Counted from the stretch's first letter, positions 36,562 to 51,210 are shown. The stretch: 64,000 nucleotides of DNA from Eledone cirrhosa (GCA_964016885.1 OZ024742.1:122326001-122390000); one strand, 5' to 3'. Numbers and translations are program-made. The notes: a model not told the origin generated them from the letters alone.

Positions 36562-39500
36562 GGCGACCTACGTAGTAAATCGTATTATCGTGAGCTCCAC
36601 AAAGGTTTGTTATTTTCAGTTCTTTAAAATTGCCATTTATTGGAACATTTTTATTGTTAACTGTATATAAGTGCACATACATTGTTTTCTGAAAAGGACA
36701 CTCAAAAAGATTGGGGCCTTGAGCCCAAAATTAAAATTTTTATAATTATCAAACAAAAAAAATTTATTTGAAAAATCATGGCCGACTCACAGTTGAACCC
36801 AGTAGCTGAGAGCCTTCCTATCAAACTAACACCTCACACCGACACCACCATTGTAAATATTACTACGTTTGCCAACACTAAAAATATAAGCAGTAGCAAT
36901 ATTTAAAATTTGTCTCAAGCAGACATTCATTTCCCGCCATTACCAATGACTGCAGGTGTTGAAGCCGCCACCCCCACCACCATCACAGCGACAACAGAAA
37001 CAAAAGAAAAAAATAAATTATCTCGTGATATCGAAACGAATTCAGCCAAAATGAACTCTTCCACACCGAACACCACTGACGCCACCACCACCACAACTGA
37101 AACTAAAATTAACAATAACAAAAATAACTATAAAAACAACAGCAACAATGAAATTAAGAAAACAACACTGTCTTTTGCGAGAGTAGCAAAAAAGTGCGAA
37201 GCATTCCAGGTAACTCAGGGGGAATTAGAAGAAGCCTCAAAAATGGTAAAGAAAGATGGGTACAGCCCCCCCCCCCCCACACACACACCTAATAAAATGG
37301 AGCATCGGCGCCTATGCACCGTGTCTTATCGAACGATTAACATAAAATCGCGCCGAGTGGAACATGTGTGGGCAAAAAACCCCACAACAGACGTGGGCAT
37401 CGAAATTCCCTGGCTAATGGCTGCCGTCCTCGCCGGCATGGAAGCCAACACCAAGATAATCGAAATAGCGAAAGAAAAGCAGGAGAACTGGTCCGGATCT
37501 GGGATGGAGCTCCTGATCCAAGCGGACCAAAAATGCATTAAGGAGATTCCAGAAGTAATAGATCCCACTGACGGCAGCCACCTCACCGTAATCGTCGAGG
37601 GCAGAAGACCTAGGTGTGTCGTTTGTGGTGAAGAAACACCCCTAAGGGCTTTCTTCCCTCAGGTTAAAATGTTGAGGCCACCTCTCTTACCCACCCCAGT
37701 AACTCAACCATCAACACCACCAATAGCAGCAGAAATGGTAGCAACAACTGTAGCAGCAACAACAGAAGCAACTGTAATAGCAACAACCCCAGCAACAGTA
37801 GCAAAACCAACACCAACACCACCCAACGCGCCAGATCTAGCACCAGCGCCTACACCATCCAGCACGCGACAACCAAAACTAATGCCTGTGGAGGATTTTC
37901 CACTCCCCGACTTATCGCAACTAGAGACAGATTGTGACGACGAGGATTGGGAAACGGTATCATGAAAAAAGAAAAAAAGAAAAAAAGAAAGAGATGCCAA
38001 AAAAGAAAAAAAATCCCCTTCCTTCCTTCTGCAAAAACAAAATACAGAGGGAAACAAATAAACTATCAAACAAAACAGTTAGGACAGCTATGCCACCATC
38101 CACACCAGCATCACCAACCCCATCACCACAAACATCAACACCATCACCATCATTAACCCCAACACCACCATCACCAACACCACAAAGTCACCAAAAGGCG
38201 AAACAGAAACAAACCCACAACAAACGCAAACAAAACAAAATGACCAAAACGATACACACTACAGAGCAATAAATTTGAACAACAACCAATTATTACACTA
38301 CATCCAACACAACGTCAACTTCACAGAAAAAGACTACACAACAATCCAAAAGTTCACACCACTTCCGCACATACAAATCACTCGCATCATACAGAAAACG
38401 TACACGACACTAAAAAAAAATTCTCCAAAGACATCGGATATTTCCGACAAGCACTCTCCAGGAGGATTTATAACGACATCCTTCCGGGGGAGGCAAGAAG
38501 CAGTGAAAAGGATGGAGAAACCATCCTTCCTTTACGAGAAGTAAGGTAAGTGGTCTTTTCCATCTTTACCACTCCATTTCCTCACTCAGAATAGGCAGCA
38601 TAAATGCGCGTGGCTTGGGGTCGTCATGGAAGCAGGGCCACCTGCTCAACGACCTCAGGTCACTAAACATAGATGTAGTGACCATTAGCGAGACCAGAAT
38701 CTCCGAAGCACGGGCCTTCGCACCGATCTTCGGCGACTACGATGTGTACGCAGCTCCCAGCCGTCCGGGATCGGGGAGAGGTGTTGCTGCGCTTTTTCGG
38801 AGAGGTTTGGATCTTGCCATAAAGGCCATCTTCCTGGACCCAGAGGGTAAGATGGTGATGCTGGACGTGACCAGCGGAGACGGGCAAGCTTTCAGGCTAG
38901 TGGTTGTCTATGCCCCGGTAGGAGCAGGGCGACCTATTTTCTTCCGGCGTCTGGAGACCTTTCTTGGAACGTCCCGTACTTAAGTGTTAGTGGGCGACTG
39001 GAACGGGATCTTAGATGCACGCTGGGACTGTGTGGGTATTAGCGGATAGGGGAGGAGGGTGCAAGAGCCTCACCAACCTGCTCAGGCGTTTTGAACTGTC
39101 TAACAGGTACCGATTGGATTTCCCGAATGTGCCAATGTGGACTTGGACAAATCGCATAGGGTCATCCAGATCATATCTAGACAGAGTATTTTGTAGGGAA
39201 ATAGATAGGTCTAGCATAGGCTATCCACAATTCAAGATAGTCAGCTACACGGACCACAAATTCGTGATCTGTGTGCTTGAATTAGATAGGCTTCATAGAC
39301 GAGGACTCGGCTACTGGAAGCTAACTGCGTCCTTACCAGCGAGCAAGGCCTACAGAGACCGGATTAGCGAACTAGTTAAGCGGGCGTTGACGGGGGCCAT
39401 CGTCAAAAACAACTGGTGGTTGCTCTGAAAAGAGCGATTAGAATAGAGTCCATTAGGTTTAGTAAGGGTTTAGCAATAGAGCAAAATAGAGCAGAGGGAG

Positions 39501-42205
39501 AACTAGTTAGAAAATTACACGAGGCGCATAGCAAAGGCATCACGACCGACGTACTTGCGGCGAAATTTGCCCTTGACCAATTCTTCAATGCAAAGCACGA
39601 AGGCTGCGTTGTCAGAGCTAGGGTGCGTGCTCTCAGACACGAGGGGAGGAAAGCCGTTCAATAGGGCCGAGTGGAGGAGGCGCGTTGTGGCAACAAAGCC
39701 ACGATCCGGTCTTTGGTGGCGCACGACGGGCGCATGCTACTCGATCCCGGGCAAATATGTGAAGCTTTTCAGCGACACTTCGCACTGCTGTTCGGGGCTA
39801 GCGGCGGGACGGATCGAGGGATGGAGTTTAGTGTCTACCTCGACGGACTGCCGCGGTTCTCGGCCACTGAAGCGGAGTGTTGCGAAAAGCCTATAACAGC
39901 CACTGAAGTACGGGAGGCAATGACTGGCTGCACAAGGGGTACATCTCCTGGTTTGGATGGTCTGCCCTATGAACTTTACGTACAGATGCCAGACTTGTTC
40001 GGAGGCCTCTTGGCGGACGTCTACTACAACTGGCAACATAACAGGAGAATTCCCAGCTCTGTGAGCCGAGGAGCGGTGGCGCTGCTGAGAAAAGATCCTA
40101 CCAAGTGGGATAACATAGTTCAAGATTTTGGCCAAGGTGCTAGCAAAGAGGTTGGCGCTTGTCATTGGTGATCTGGTGTGAGAGGCGCAGACATGCGCCA
40201 TTCCAGACAGATCCATCCACGACAAGCTCCATTTCATGCGATACATCGTGGAGAGGGTAGCTAGGGAACCGGGCACGAGTGGGTGCTTGATAAATTTAGA
40301 TCCGTCGAAAGCTTTGGAAAGGCTCGACCATCGTATCTGGCGGCTGGCTTTGGTCCCGTCTTCAGTGGCTGGATCGCTGCCATGCACAGCGACATCTGCT
40401 CTGTGGTGAGAGTGAACGGTCAACTTTCGGAACCGTTTAACATCATGCGCTCGGTCCGCCAAGGATGTCCCCTCTCGTCCCTCTTGTACGTATTGACTCT
40501 CGACCATTACTGCACAAACTGGAGACGTTGAGGGGCGTCCCTCGCGAACTAGGAGGCGGAAGATCCGTGTCAGCATATGCGGACGATGTCACCGTAGTGG
40601 TGTCGAACGCCAAACACACCGAGGCGATCGGCACTACACTAAGAGAATACGAAGCGATGACAGGAGCAATGATCAACCAGGAAAAGTCAGCGGGCCTGCA
40701 GCTCGGCACCTGGAGAGGCAGGTCCATGTTGTCCAACAGCGTCGTCGGAAGCTGGACGGACGGACCGGTTAAATGGCTAGGGGTCTGGTTCGGTCCGGAC
40801 CTCCAGACGGACAAAAACTGGGACGAGGTGACGAGCAGTGTGTCTTCTCTCACCCAGAAATGGGCGGAGAGGAAGCTATCCCTGAAAGGTCGAGCGGAGG
40901 TGGCTAACGGGTATATCGCGTCCGTCATCTACTACCGCCTGACCGTCGTACCTTGTCCTAAGCCCCGCCTGACTGCGCTGGAGCGTTTGCTCTTTCGCTT
41001 TTTGTGGAAGGGACGCGCTCCGATGGTCAGGCGGTCCATCTGCTGTCAACACCCGCTACGTGGAGGGCAGGGGGTGCCGTGGCTGATAATGCGTAGACAC
41101 GCGCTAAGGGTACGACATTTCCACCTCTTCCTCGACGGTGATCAGGTGTGGTTTCAGTTTGCTAGACGCGTCTTTCCACAGCTGGTCTCCTAGACGAAGC
41201 TGCAGTCCTGGCTCAAGCGAAGACCGAGAGTGAGCGCTTGGAGACTGGAATATCTTCAGGCGCTCACAGCCCTCGACCAATCGGGCAATGTGATCGGTGG
41301 AAAGTCCACCTTGGCGTTCTATTTAAGGATTAGTGGAGGGGAAGAGCGACGACGTACTTGGGGAAACTCTAGGCGTCGACGAAAATCAATTAGCCAATCT
41401 CTTCGGAAGAACTTTAGGGCCGGGGCCTATTGACAACATCCAGAAATCCCTGGCCTGCTGGCAGTGCTACCGAGGAGCTTTGCCAGTTCGGGATAAACTC
41501 TACAAGCATGGAGGTGCCGTCAGCCGGGCATGTCCGAGATTCGCGCAGGGCGACGAAACCGCCCTGCACGCACCCGTCCAGTGTCGGAGCATTGCTGACT
41601 TGTGGGTTTATGTCGAACACATGCTGTCCTGTGTAGGACGGATCAAGCTATCAGCTGAATCCATCGTGAGGATTGCCCCGCCGTCTTCCTTTAGCCGGGA
41701 AGGGCAGGCAGTTTTTATCTGTCTGGTGGCCATGGCGAAAGAGATAGTATGGTGGACACGTTTGAAAGGGCTGAAAACTAGCACTTACCTCTTCGGTGAT
41801 GCTCTGATTAACTTTTTCAAATTTAATTTAAAAAGGAAAATCAGGGTAGAAAGGGAAGTGCTCTCTTCCCAGCATTTTTTTGAAAGATGGGTGAGAGAGG
41901 CAAGAATGGCCCGAGTGAATGGGCCTTCTCTGAGTATGTGTCTGTAAATTAAAGGTGTAAAACTTGGAGAGGGCACTTGCCCTGGTGGTCAGGGTCACTG
42001 TGGTCTTTTAATGGGCTCTCTCCACAAATGTCCCTCGGAAATCTCCCCCTATTGGGGAATCTTTCTTTGTTATTTTATTACATCCTCTGTTTTTTTTACA
42101 CGCAGAAATGCCCATTTGTGCTGTCCTGTATTGTCCTGTACTATCCTTAATATCTACTTCATGTAAACCCTTGTGGTTAATAAAGAAAACATTATTATTA
42201 TTATT
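36562..42205 (+). mobile_element. Full-length Tx1/L1-type LINE, copy 2 (more disrupted)
   Basis: Same GGCGACCTACG 5' end after (ATT)n. ORF1 runs from ATG 36778 with an internal deletion; ORF2 is in many fragments (YADD near 40576); (ATT)n tail. Confidence 0.95.
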
Positions 42206-42533
42206 TGTTGAAAGATGGGTGAGAGAAGCAAGTATGGCCCGAATGAATGGGCCTTCTCTGAGTATGTGTCTGTAAATTAAAGGTGGAACACTGGGAGAGG
42301 GCACTTGCCCTGGTGGTCAGGGTCACTGTGGTCTTTTAATGGGCTTTCTCCTCAAATGTCCCTCGGAAGTCTCCCTCCTATTGGGGAATTTTTCTTTGTT
42401 ATTTTATTACATCCTCTGTTTTTTTACAGGAATGCCCATTTGTACCGTCCTGTATTGTCCTGTACTGTCCTTAATGTCTACTTTATGTAAACCCTTGTGG
42501 TTAATAAAGAAAACATTATTATTATTATTATTA
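42205..42533 (+). mobile_element. Complete second copy of the LINE 3' end (about 310 bp) with (ATT)n, followed by (AGT)n
   Basis: Direct repeat of the terminal segment. Confidence 0.92.
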
Positions 42534-42539
42534 ATAGTA

Positions 42540-42584
<45 letters not shown>

Positions 42585-43186
42585 ATAGTAGTCGTAGTAG
42601 TAGTAATAGTAGTAATAGTAGCAACAGCAGTTCTGTACAAACAAAAATGGAGAAAAGACGAGAATACTATCTGAAATGGCGATTAAATTTCTCACAAAAA
42701 AGTCAGAGATGACATAAAAAACCTGGACAATTCCTTTCACATTTTATCGCCTTTCTCACAAACTTTCTATTTATATACGGTTACCACAGATTTCGTAAGC
42801 TTAAACTGTCCTGGTGCTTTGCAGCTCTATCGAAGCACACCTGATGCATCCACCCTACATGGAGCGTATTTTGCCTCAATAAACTGCAAACTAAACAGCT
42901 TTAAGCTATAATACGTTCCTCTAGAATTTTCCCGTCACGTTTTAGCTGCATGCTTTAACTTACACATGATTAAACAGAATAGAAAGTACCTGGTATTCTT
43001 TATTCTTGGATATTGTGAAGATTTCAGAAGCGCTGATCCTTCATTAGATAATTATACAATGTATGTTTATCTGAAGGCGGACGAAGGGATAGAAATATGA
43101 ATAGAAAGAAAAAGGTGGAAGCTTAGATATGTGGCTATTCGTACGCATATGCCTGTGCGTGTTTGTATACCTATATATATATATAT

Positions 43187-43794
43187 GTCAGGTCACCAGT
43201 TGGTGCTACTGGTAACATGTATCCCAGTACAACCTGTCTCATGGTCGGGTCGTTGGCGACTAAACTGGCAACCCCACCAAGGTTTCTTGGTGAGGAGGTT
43301 GACTTTGGACATCTTGCAGGAATAAAAACAAAACCTGTCAAAGGGCAAAGAAGCTCTTAAGAGTCAATGGCCATCTAAAATCAACGGGAGAGATCACCCC
43401 TTAGCCTTTGTCACGGCAGAATTCTATAAGAAGGAAAACTCTGATATAACACCTGCAACCCTGATGGTATCCAATGATGTTGACATGTTCTTCTTTTTGG
43501 TAAATATCATCTTGGTTAAGAGAGTGGGACTGGCTTTGTGGAGTGCCTTTGCTCACTATAAAAGCTTCACGGCACAGGCATTGCTTTATATCTGGAGATC
43601 TCTCTGCACTTGTCGTCACATGGTATCATGGGCCCAGAACTATGTGTCAATAATTGTCACAGGTGTAGTGTTTGTACCAGAGTTTTCAAGTCGCTGGCTG
43701 GACTAAAAATGCACACTTGCTCAGCGCATCGGTAGGAGTTCTCCTACATGGATATGATGTAGTGGCCTACTCGAAAACGAGTTGGCAGCCACCA

Positions 43795-43796
<2 letters not shown>
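43187..43796 (+). mobile_element. Non-coding interspersed repeat of about 610 bp next to (TA)n, class uncertain
   Basis: Highly similar copy at 51211-51817 and a diverged inverted 5' part at about 50835-51141. Confidence 0.8.
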
Positions 43797-43822
<26 letters not shown>

Positions 43823-43827
<5 letters not shown>

Positions 43828-43916
43828 AAACTTCCTATTACACACTCTACTACCCTAATTATTGAGTACTTTGGTGCATTATGGTCCACCTGGTTCCTTA
43901 TCACATTTCCTTCGTT
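43823..43916 (+). mobile_element. Minimal hairpin plus 78-nt tail element in (TA)n
   Basis: ATAGGAA-AC-TTCCTAT followed by a tail homologous to 49289-49366. Confidence 0.85.
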
Positions 43917-43944
43917 ATATATATATATATACACATACACACAT

Positions 43945-44004
<60 letters not shown>

Positions 44005-44229
44005 ATGTGTGTATATATATATATATATATATGTAGGTGTGTGTGTGTGTGTGCGTGATATAACCAGGTCATTGAAAAATATATTATACAAAGTCAATAA
44101 TCTTAACCATATTTCGTGTATATATATACTATGTTGGTACGTATTTATTTATGTTTATATGCGTTTGTATGTATGCATATACGGTATTAATTTAACTATG
44201 AATTACTGCTAACAAATACTCCACACTGC

Positions 44230-44680
44230 CTGGAATCTGGAAATCTGAAGCACTAATTTTCAATTCACATTAAACTAAAGCCATGTCTCCCAAAGTCCCA
44301 TAGGTGTTCACCGATATCATAAATACTAAATATATATCTTTATCCCGGACGGTGATGAAAAATGTGTCCTACATGTGCGATAGCAGCGAAGTAAAATGCT
44401 ACGCTAAACACTTCATCCACCATGTGCAGTTCTCCGGTTACAACCAACAGGACAGAGTTTACAAGGTTGCCAGAGAAAACTTTAATACGCATCATATGCG
44501 TATGGATATGCTTCAGTTATAGAAGCAATTCCTTGAATGGATTAGGCAGGATAAGGTATACATCTGAAAATTTCAATAAATGCTGGGTTAACAAAAAGTA
44601 AAGAACCAGAAACATCTAGATGCTTTCCTATAGGCGACCGTATGTATAGGAGTGTGCCATTTTGGTATCGCCATGGGTGG
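44230..44680 (+). mobile_element. Possible decayed Penelope-like RT thumb fragment
   Basis: KHFIHHVQFSGYNQQDR resembles the PLE LxxSGY region; otherwise degraded. Confidence 0.35.
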
Positions 44681-46204
44681 AGATGACAGACTCGTACATG
44701 AATGCTGTACAAAGCTTTTTTAATGTCCTGGGTTTAATATGGTGAGCTTGCACAGTATTTCTATTTATTAAATTTCATTCACAGTCATTCCTCATCATGG
44801 AACTATTGGAAAGGGAACTTGCTGAATCGAACTCGGAAACCCATTATTGCGGAGCAAACATTTTTAACCACCAAGCTATGCCTGCGTCAATTAAACTGTA
44901 GTTTTAATTAATCCTTTTATTATAACGTCAAATAATGTCGACATCCGAGACCACCTATCGCTTCTAAACACTTTTATAAGCATCATATGTGGCTACCCTT
45001 TCCACTTACGACAAAACCCACACGATATTCTGATTTGCTCCTTAAGCTATAAAATTAACTTGCACTATTGTTGCAATAAAAATTTCAAACTTACAAAATC
45101 ATTATTTTTAACGTTTATTTTCAATTTATTTCAAAATAAAATAAAGAAAGAGAATACATAAAAGCCACCAACAAAATTTACGTCATTGACAGGTCGACTG
45201 TTTTGAAAGGTGTGAGGAGAAACTCGTAATTAAAGTGGCAATATTTTAATGTTGAAATTCAGTATCATTAGCATGTAATGTTTCTAAAGTCATAAGTTGT
45301 TGGAAATTGTTTCCAAATCAATTAAAATCAGACATTGGAATTTTTATTTAACATAAAGAAAATACCGTAAAAATAAATGTGATATTTCAAGACTTGGTGA
45401 ATTGGTAAGAACAGTAGAGCAACAGACAAATACATAGTAATATATATATTTAATTTCTTTGTTGCATGTTTATATCTCACACAATTTCCTTCTTCTAAAA
45501 CCATGCACATGGTTAAAATATGGATATATAGTATACAGCATAATGGGGTCGTTTCTCACCGGGAATTCGAATTATGTCGAAATAAGGAGCCGACCAGGTT
45601 CAACGTTGTCTCTCATCCTTTGGGGATCAATAAAATCAAAAGCCACTTCATGGTGCTCTATTCACGGAATCCCTAACACGTCAGTTGAAATGCTTTATGC
45701 TATTAATTTCGGCTCTTTATGTTCTGAGTTGTAATCCAAATGTGATCTACAGGGGAAGCAGAAATAATCCGTCACTCTATTTAACACCCCTGACACTAAA
45801 ATCTCATTTTAAAAATACTTTCTATTCTAACTCGATTTCTCCATACCATCAGTTCCAGAAGCATTCGACTTGGCTAATAAAATCTACCCTTCCCTCCAAG
45901 ACTAAACAATAATAGAGTAAGGGGAATTATGTTACGAATATTATAAAATGTTAGTATACTATCTTAACTTTGCAGGCTGTTCACGGTTGTGACATTATAT
46001 AATCTTATTAAGCCTGCATGGAAATTTATAAAAATATGTCTAAACATATAAAAAAAGGTATGAATAATTAGGATTATTTGCAGAATTAAAATTTTAGCGA
46101 ACGGTATTAAATTATTTTCTGATTTAATTCTTTAAAAAAAAATCATACTAATCTTATTTCTGATATAAAATCATTTGATAACCCCGTATATTCTTCTTCT
46201 TGTG

Positions 46205-46400
46205 ACGCTAAATTCCGTCAGTTGCCGACTGCGCATTAACATGTGATATCTCCCTCCACAAAGCTCGATCACCAGCAGCAGAGTTCAAAGAGCAAAGATG
46301 AAGTCCAGTCCATAAGTTGACATTGTCAAGCCATCGTTTTGGCTGCCGGCCTCTGCTTCTCTTACCAGCCAACCCTCCCTCCAGGCATAACCTACTCATA
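46205..46400 (-). mobile_element. RTE-type LINE 3' terminal fragment
   Basis: LEGGLAGKRSRGRQPKRWLDNV...WTGL...DRALWR. Confidence 0.8.
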
Positions 46401-47894
46401 CTACGAGTTGATCTTTTATAAGGCCGAATATTAAAGCGTCTTTAAATAATTTATCCCAATTCTTACCATTAGCTTATTTGAATTGTCTCATATTTCTGGT
46501 GGTTTTTAATGAAAATTATATTTATAAAACCTTACTCATAACTATTTCTATAAGCAAATATTTGTTTTAACATATGGGCAAGGCTTCAGCAAAACAGGCC
46601 ATTCTGATGATGTCTGTATTGAATCCTATTTGCATGATGAAGCATGTTTCCTGTTAAATAATTCATGGAGATTTCTTGAGCGATTATTTGGATGACATTG
46701 TTTCTCAAGATGGTATATTTTATTAAATATTTTATCGACTTTAATATATGAAAGAAAATGCAAGCGTCACACAGAATAGATTCTATTGAATTTAAATTAT
46801 CCTTTCACACACAAATCATTGACACCCTTCATATATTTGTTTTGTTTTACCACAAGCTGAAATATTTTCGAACAAACGAAATGCGTTCGTGTTTGCTTTA
46901 ATGAAGATGTTCCCATTCTGAGACTAGCTCAACTTTTATACACGATGGTATCATTGAAATAATTCTTACCTTCTTGAAATAATCTCCTCTTTTCTTTGGG
47001 AGTCGCCAAGAAATTTTAATACGTATTCATCACCAACATACAGGAGATATTTAACCCAGGGTAGGTAATACACCATCCATTAAGGTATATTTCCTCTTTT
47101 GTGCCTTTTACACATCGGGGGTCTATATCCTTGTCTCATTTTGTTTCTTAATTATGAAAACAAATCTGTCGTTGTCCCAGACACATGTGAATTAATTTAA
47201 GGAATTAACATTCTTCACGATATTATGTTATATTGAAAGTCGTTAAGAAAATTCGTTAGATTTTTGTTTTCTTTTCCAGCTAAGATGAACATTTTAATTG
47301 CTTATTACATCTCGTGGTATAGTTATGTTATCTTTGTGCAAACATCCTAGAGATAGTGTGATCTTATGGAGAGCAATGTATACGCGTGAAACCTGATTTC
47401 ACAGACTGCTATGACAATATACTTATACTTTATATATTACAATAAGTAAGTTCTCTAGTAAAACAGTTACATTTTCTTGATAAATTGCAAGAAAATGAAA
47501 TGTATATGAGACATTATTTGCTTATATTTTCAGATATACCAGAAACGTATTCTAAACAATCTCACAACCATGAACACATCGTAAAACGAGAAGTTATTTT
47601 GTTGCTCTTTAGAAAGGCAATGTATTGACATATTTATGTTATGTGTTCCATTTACCATACCCCTCCATCTCCTCTCATGTGGAATGTAGGTTAACGGTCC
47701 ATACTTTATAAGACGTCTGCTGTAAATTATTGTTTGTTTATGTCATCCATATATCAGCAATTGTCCAGGTGTTGCTTCTAACAAATCATCTTTTATAGTT
47801 GCGGTCACTCTTCACGACTCATGCAAGCCTCACACGCAATCACAATCCATCTGTATGTGAAGTCTGTAACGCTATACTGGCATTACTTTTACAA

Positions 47895-48030
47895 TAATCG
47901 GGGTTTAGATTTGCCTTTCATCTTTACAGTGTCGATAGCATAATGTAACAGTAACGCACTGGGGTCAATTTGATTAACTTTCCACTCCTCCAAAATTGCT
48001 GGCTTTTTGCCTAAATCAGAAACCAATATT
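47895..48030 (+). mobile_element. Diverged SINE fragment
   Basis: TTTGCCTTTCATC...GTCGATA...AAAATTGCTGGC...GCCTAAATCAGAAACC. Confidence 0.7.
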
Positions 48031-49077
48031 ATAATCAGCAATAGGCTATTCCTTTCTATTACACTCAAAGTGTCATTAAGCTTCATATTCCAATAATGAG
48101 TAGAAGCATAGAATATCATTCGGACTATATTTTCGTGAGAACAAGTATGAATTAATGAAAAGCAAATACAAAGAAATTAAAGTCCATCATGGTAGTTTAT
48201 AGGGTCTAAGCCTAAAGTCTCTCTTACGACAGGAGACTTTCAATGCCTGTGCTTATCCAGATTCCCGTGATGTTAAGCAACTGAGAGTACAAGATCCCCA
48301 CCCACCCCACCGTCAAATGAAATGCTTTGCTCAAGAACACAACACACAACCCAGCCCAGGTATCGAACCCACGATATTATGATAGTAACTCTAACACCAT
48401 TACCACTATGTAACCTCCGCTACAGTTTGCAAAAGTTTAATATAAAATTTGATCTAGATATTAGATCAGATTTTGAAGATCTGCATTAAATCAAACATGA
48501 AAGAAACAATTGTGGGTATAAGACGAACTTTTGTCTTCCATTAAACAGAGATAGCTATAAAGGTCGTCAATAAGTGTTTGTCAAAGAATAGTTTAAAATA
48601 ATCGAAACTAATTCGTCTGACGTCTGCATTTCTTACAAATACTAAATTCTATCAAAATATTTCATAAACGATACATAATAGAGTAAAGAACGAATGCCAT
48701 CCAAAGAATTGTTCCTAAGGCCTTCATTAGTGAATTTGACAGTAAACATGTTTAATCATATAAAAGGCGTCAATACAGTTGTCAGAGCTAATTGTCGGGT
48801 TACATGTAGAGTGACAAATATAATTGAACAAAAAAATCTATAATTTCCGACAAATTAGTTAACAATGACAGAGTTTCCGTAAAGTTTTATGTAGAATCAT
48901 TTCTTATTTAAATATAAACAAATAACAAAAATATATTCTTCCCCATGGAATGTTGTTATTTGTTGATGTTTAAAGAGAATTGCCACAATTGGAACTGCCA
49001 AATGAATATCATTTATATTATTCTATTTTATTTCTCTCTATGTACATGCGTAATGTAGACAATATACATGATGTAAT

Positions 49078-49118
<41 letters not shown>

Positions 49119-49156
49119 GCGCGCACACACGCACGTATATATATATATATATATAC

Positions 49157-49365
49157 ATAGGAACATTTACACGACCCCGACGGCAGAGCTCAAGCCGTTT
49201 CGACGGCTATTTCTGGACTAAATTTACGACAGAAATAGCCGTCGAAACGGCTTGAGATATGGCGTCGGGGTCTTGAACATTTTCCTATTACCTACTCAAC
49301 TACCCTAAGTATTGAGTACTCTGGTGCGTTATGGTCCATCTGGTTCCTTACCACACTTCCTTCGT

Positions 49366-49366
<1 letters not shown>
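49157..49366 (+). mobile_element. Hairpin plus 78-nt tail element in (TA)n
   Basis: Hairpin 49157-49288 with a perfect 27-bp core (49189-49215 / 49230-49256); tail shared with 43839-43916. Confidence 0.88.
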
Positions 49367-49397
<31 letters not shown>

Positions 49398-49444
49398 AAT
49401 ATATATAATATATATGACTATATATATGTGTATATATATATGTT

Positions 49445-49501
<57 letters not shown>

Positions 49502-49638
49502 AGTAAGTATGTTTTGAAACAGTGAGCGAGTTTGAAATTACAAAATATATAGCTTTCACCGTATTTTTAACTAAAGGAATTTTAGCTTGATAACAGGGTT
49601 TAGAACCCTCAGATAAATGGAAAAAGATGAGTATTGAC

Positions 49639-50262
<624 letters not shown>

Positions 50263-50834
50263 CGTTACTAAGGCTTAATAGTGACTCTTGTTACTCTGGA
50301 GTTTCGCCTGTTTATCACAGTGCCGTTAGGCACTTGGGTATTATGAACGACAGTAGCTGAAAGAGAGGTGAATCATAACTCTCACAAACCTATATTATCT
50401 CTCAAGTACGCTATAACCAGCAGAATGCCTACTAATGATAGATGTCATCTGAGTCATGCATGTCAATACATGAGATACCATATTGATGTAATCATTGAAG
50501 CTACCGGAGTATTCATTAACTAGATATCATAAATGTATTGTATAAACCTTTTGTACTAATTTTTATATTACGATACGATTTCTTTGGTGTGCTAAGCGTC
50601 CTTTTCAAAATTCATGCACATATCCTCACAAAAATTGATGCATGCTGTATATTTATATAAAAGTAGATTCATATATATACTATCGTGCAATGCCTTTGCG
50701 CGAAGATATTTTTTAAAGTGAGGACAGACTGTGCACTGAGCCAATCACACTCTCTGAGCAACAGTAGATATAATCCGAAAAGAAGAAAATATCAACATCG
50801 TCGCTAACTACTTAGCCGCAGGTTTTATATCGGA

Positions 50835-51137
50835 GTTATCCCAGTTTCCTGAGTTGCCTTCTCCTAGAAGAATGCCCTGACAAAGGCTAGGTGTCCTTCA
50901 CTCCCAGTGGTTGAACCACGCGGTACATGTGTATATACATATTTACACACTTTCGGATGGCCGATGACTCTTATGAGTTCTTTCGCCCTTTGTCAGGTTT
51001 TGTTTTTTGTCCTGCAGGGTGTCCAAAATCACCCTCCTCACAAAGTAAAATTGGTGGGGTTGCCGGTTTAGTTGCCGACGACCCCACCATGCGACGGGTT
51101 GTACTGTGTTCCATGTTACCAGTAGCACTCAAGAGTG

Positions 51138-51141
<4 letters not shown>
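50835..51141 (-). mobile_element. Diverged inverted 5' part of the 610-bp repeat
   Basis: Reverse complement shares gtgctactggtaacatg...ggcaaccccacc...aaaacctg.caaagggc...aagagtca..ggccatc. Confidence 0.75.
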
Positions 51142-51202
<61 letters not shown>

Positions 51203-51210
51203 GTCATATT

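Noticed and set aside
39737-40928. Long antisense ORFs over LINE ORF2
   Set aside because: Shadow ORFs of GC-rich coding sequence, not kept as one frame in copy 1.
43464-43706. ORF shared with 51487-51780
   Set aside because: Shared only because both lie in copies of the same repeat; lengths differ and there is no motif.
46593-46655. CTGATGA...GAAGCATGT with AACAGG/CCTGTT flanks
   Set aside because: GAAA box mutated and stem II poor; not supportable without homologs.
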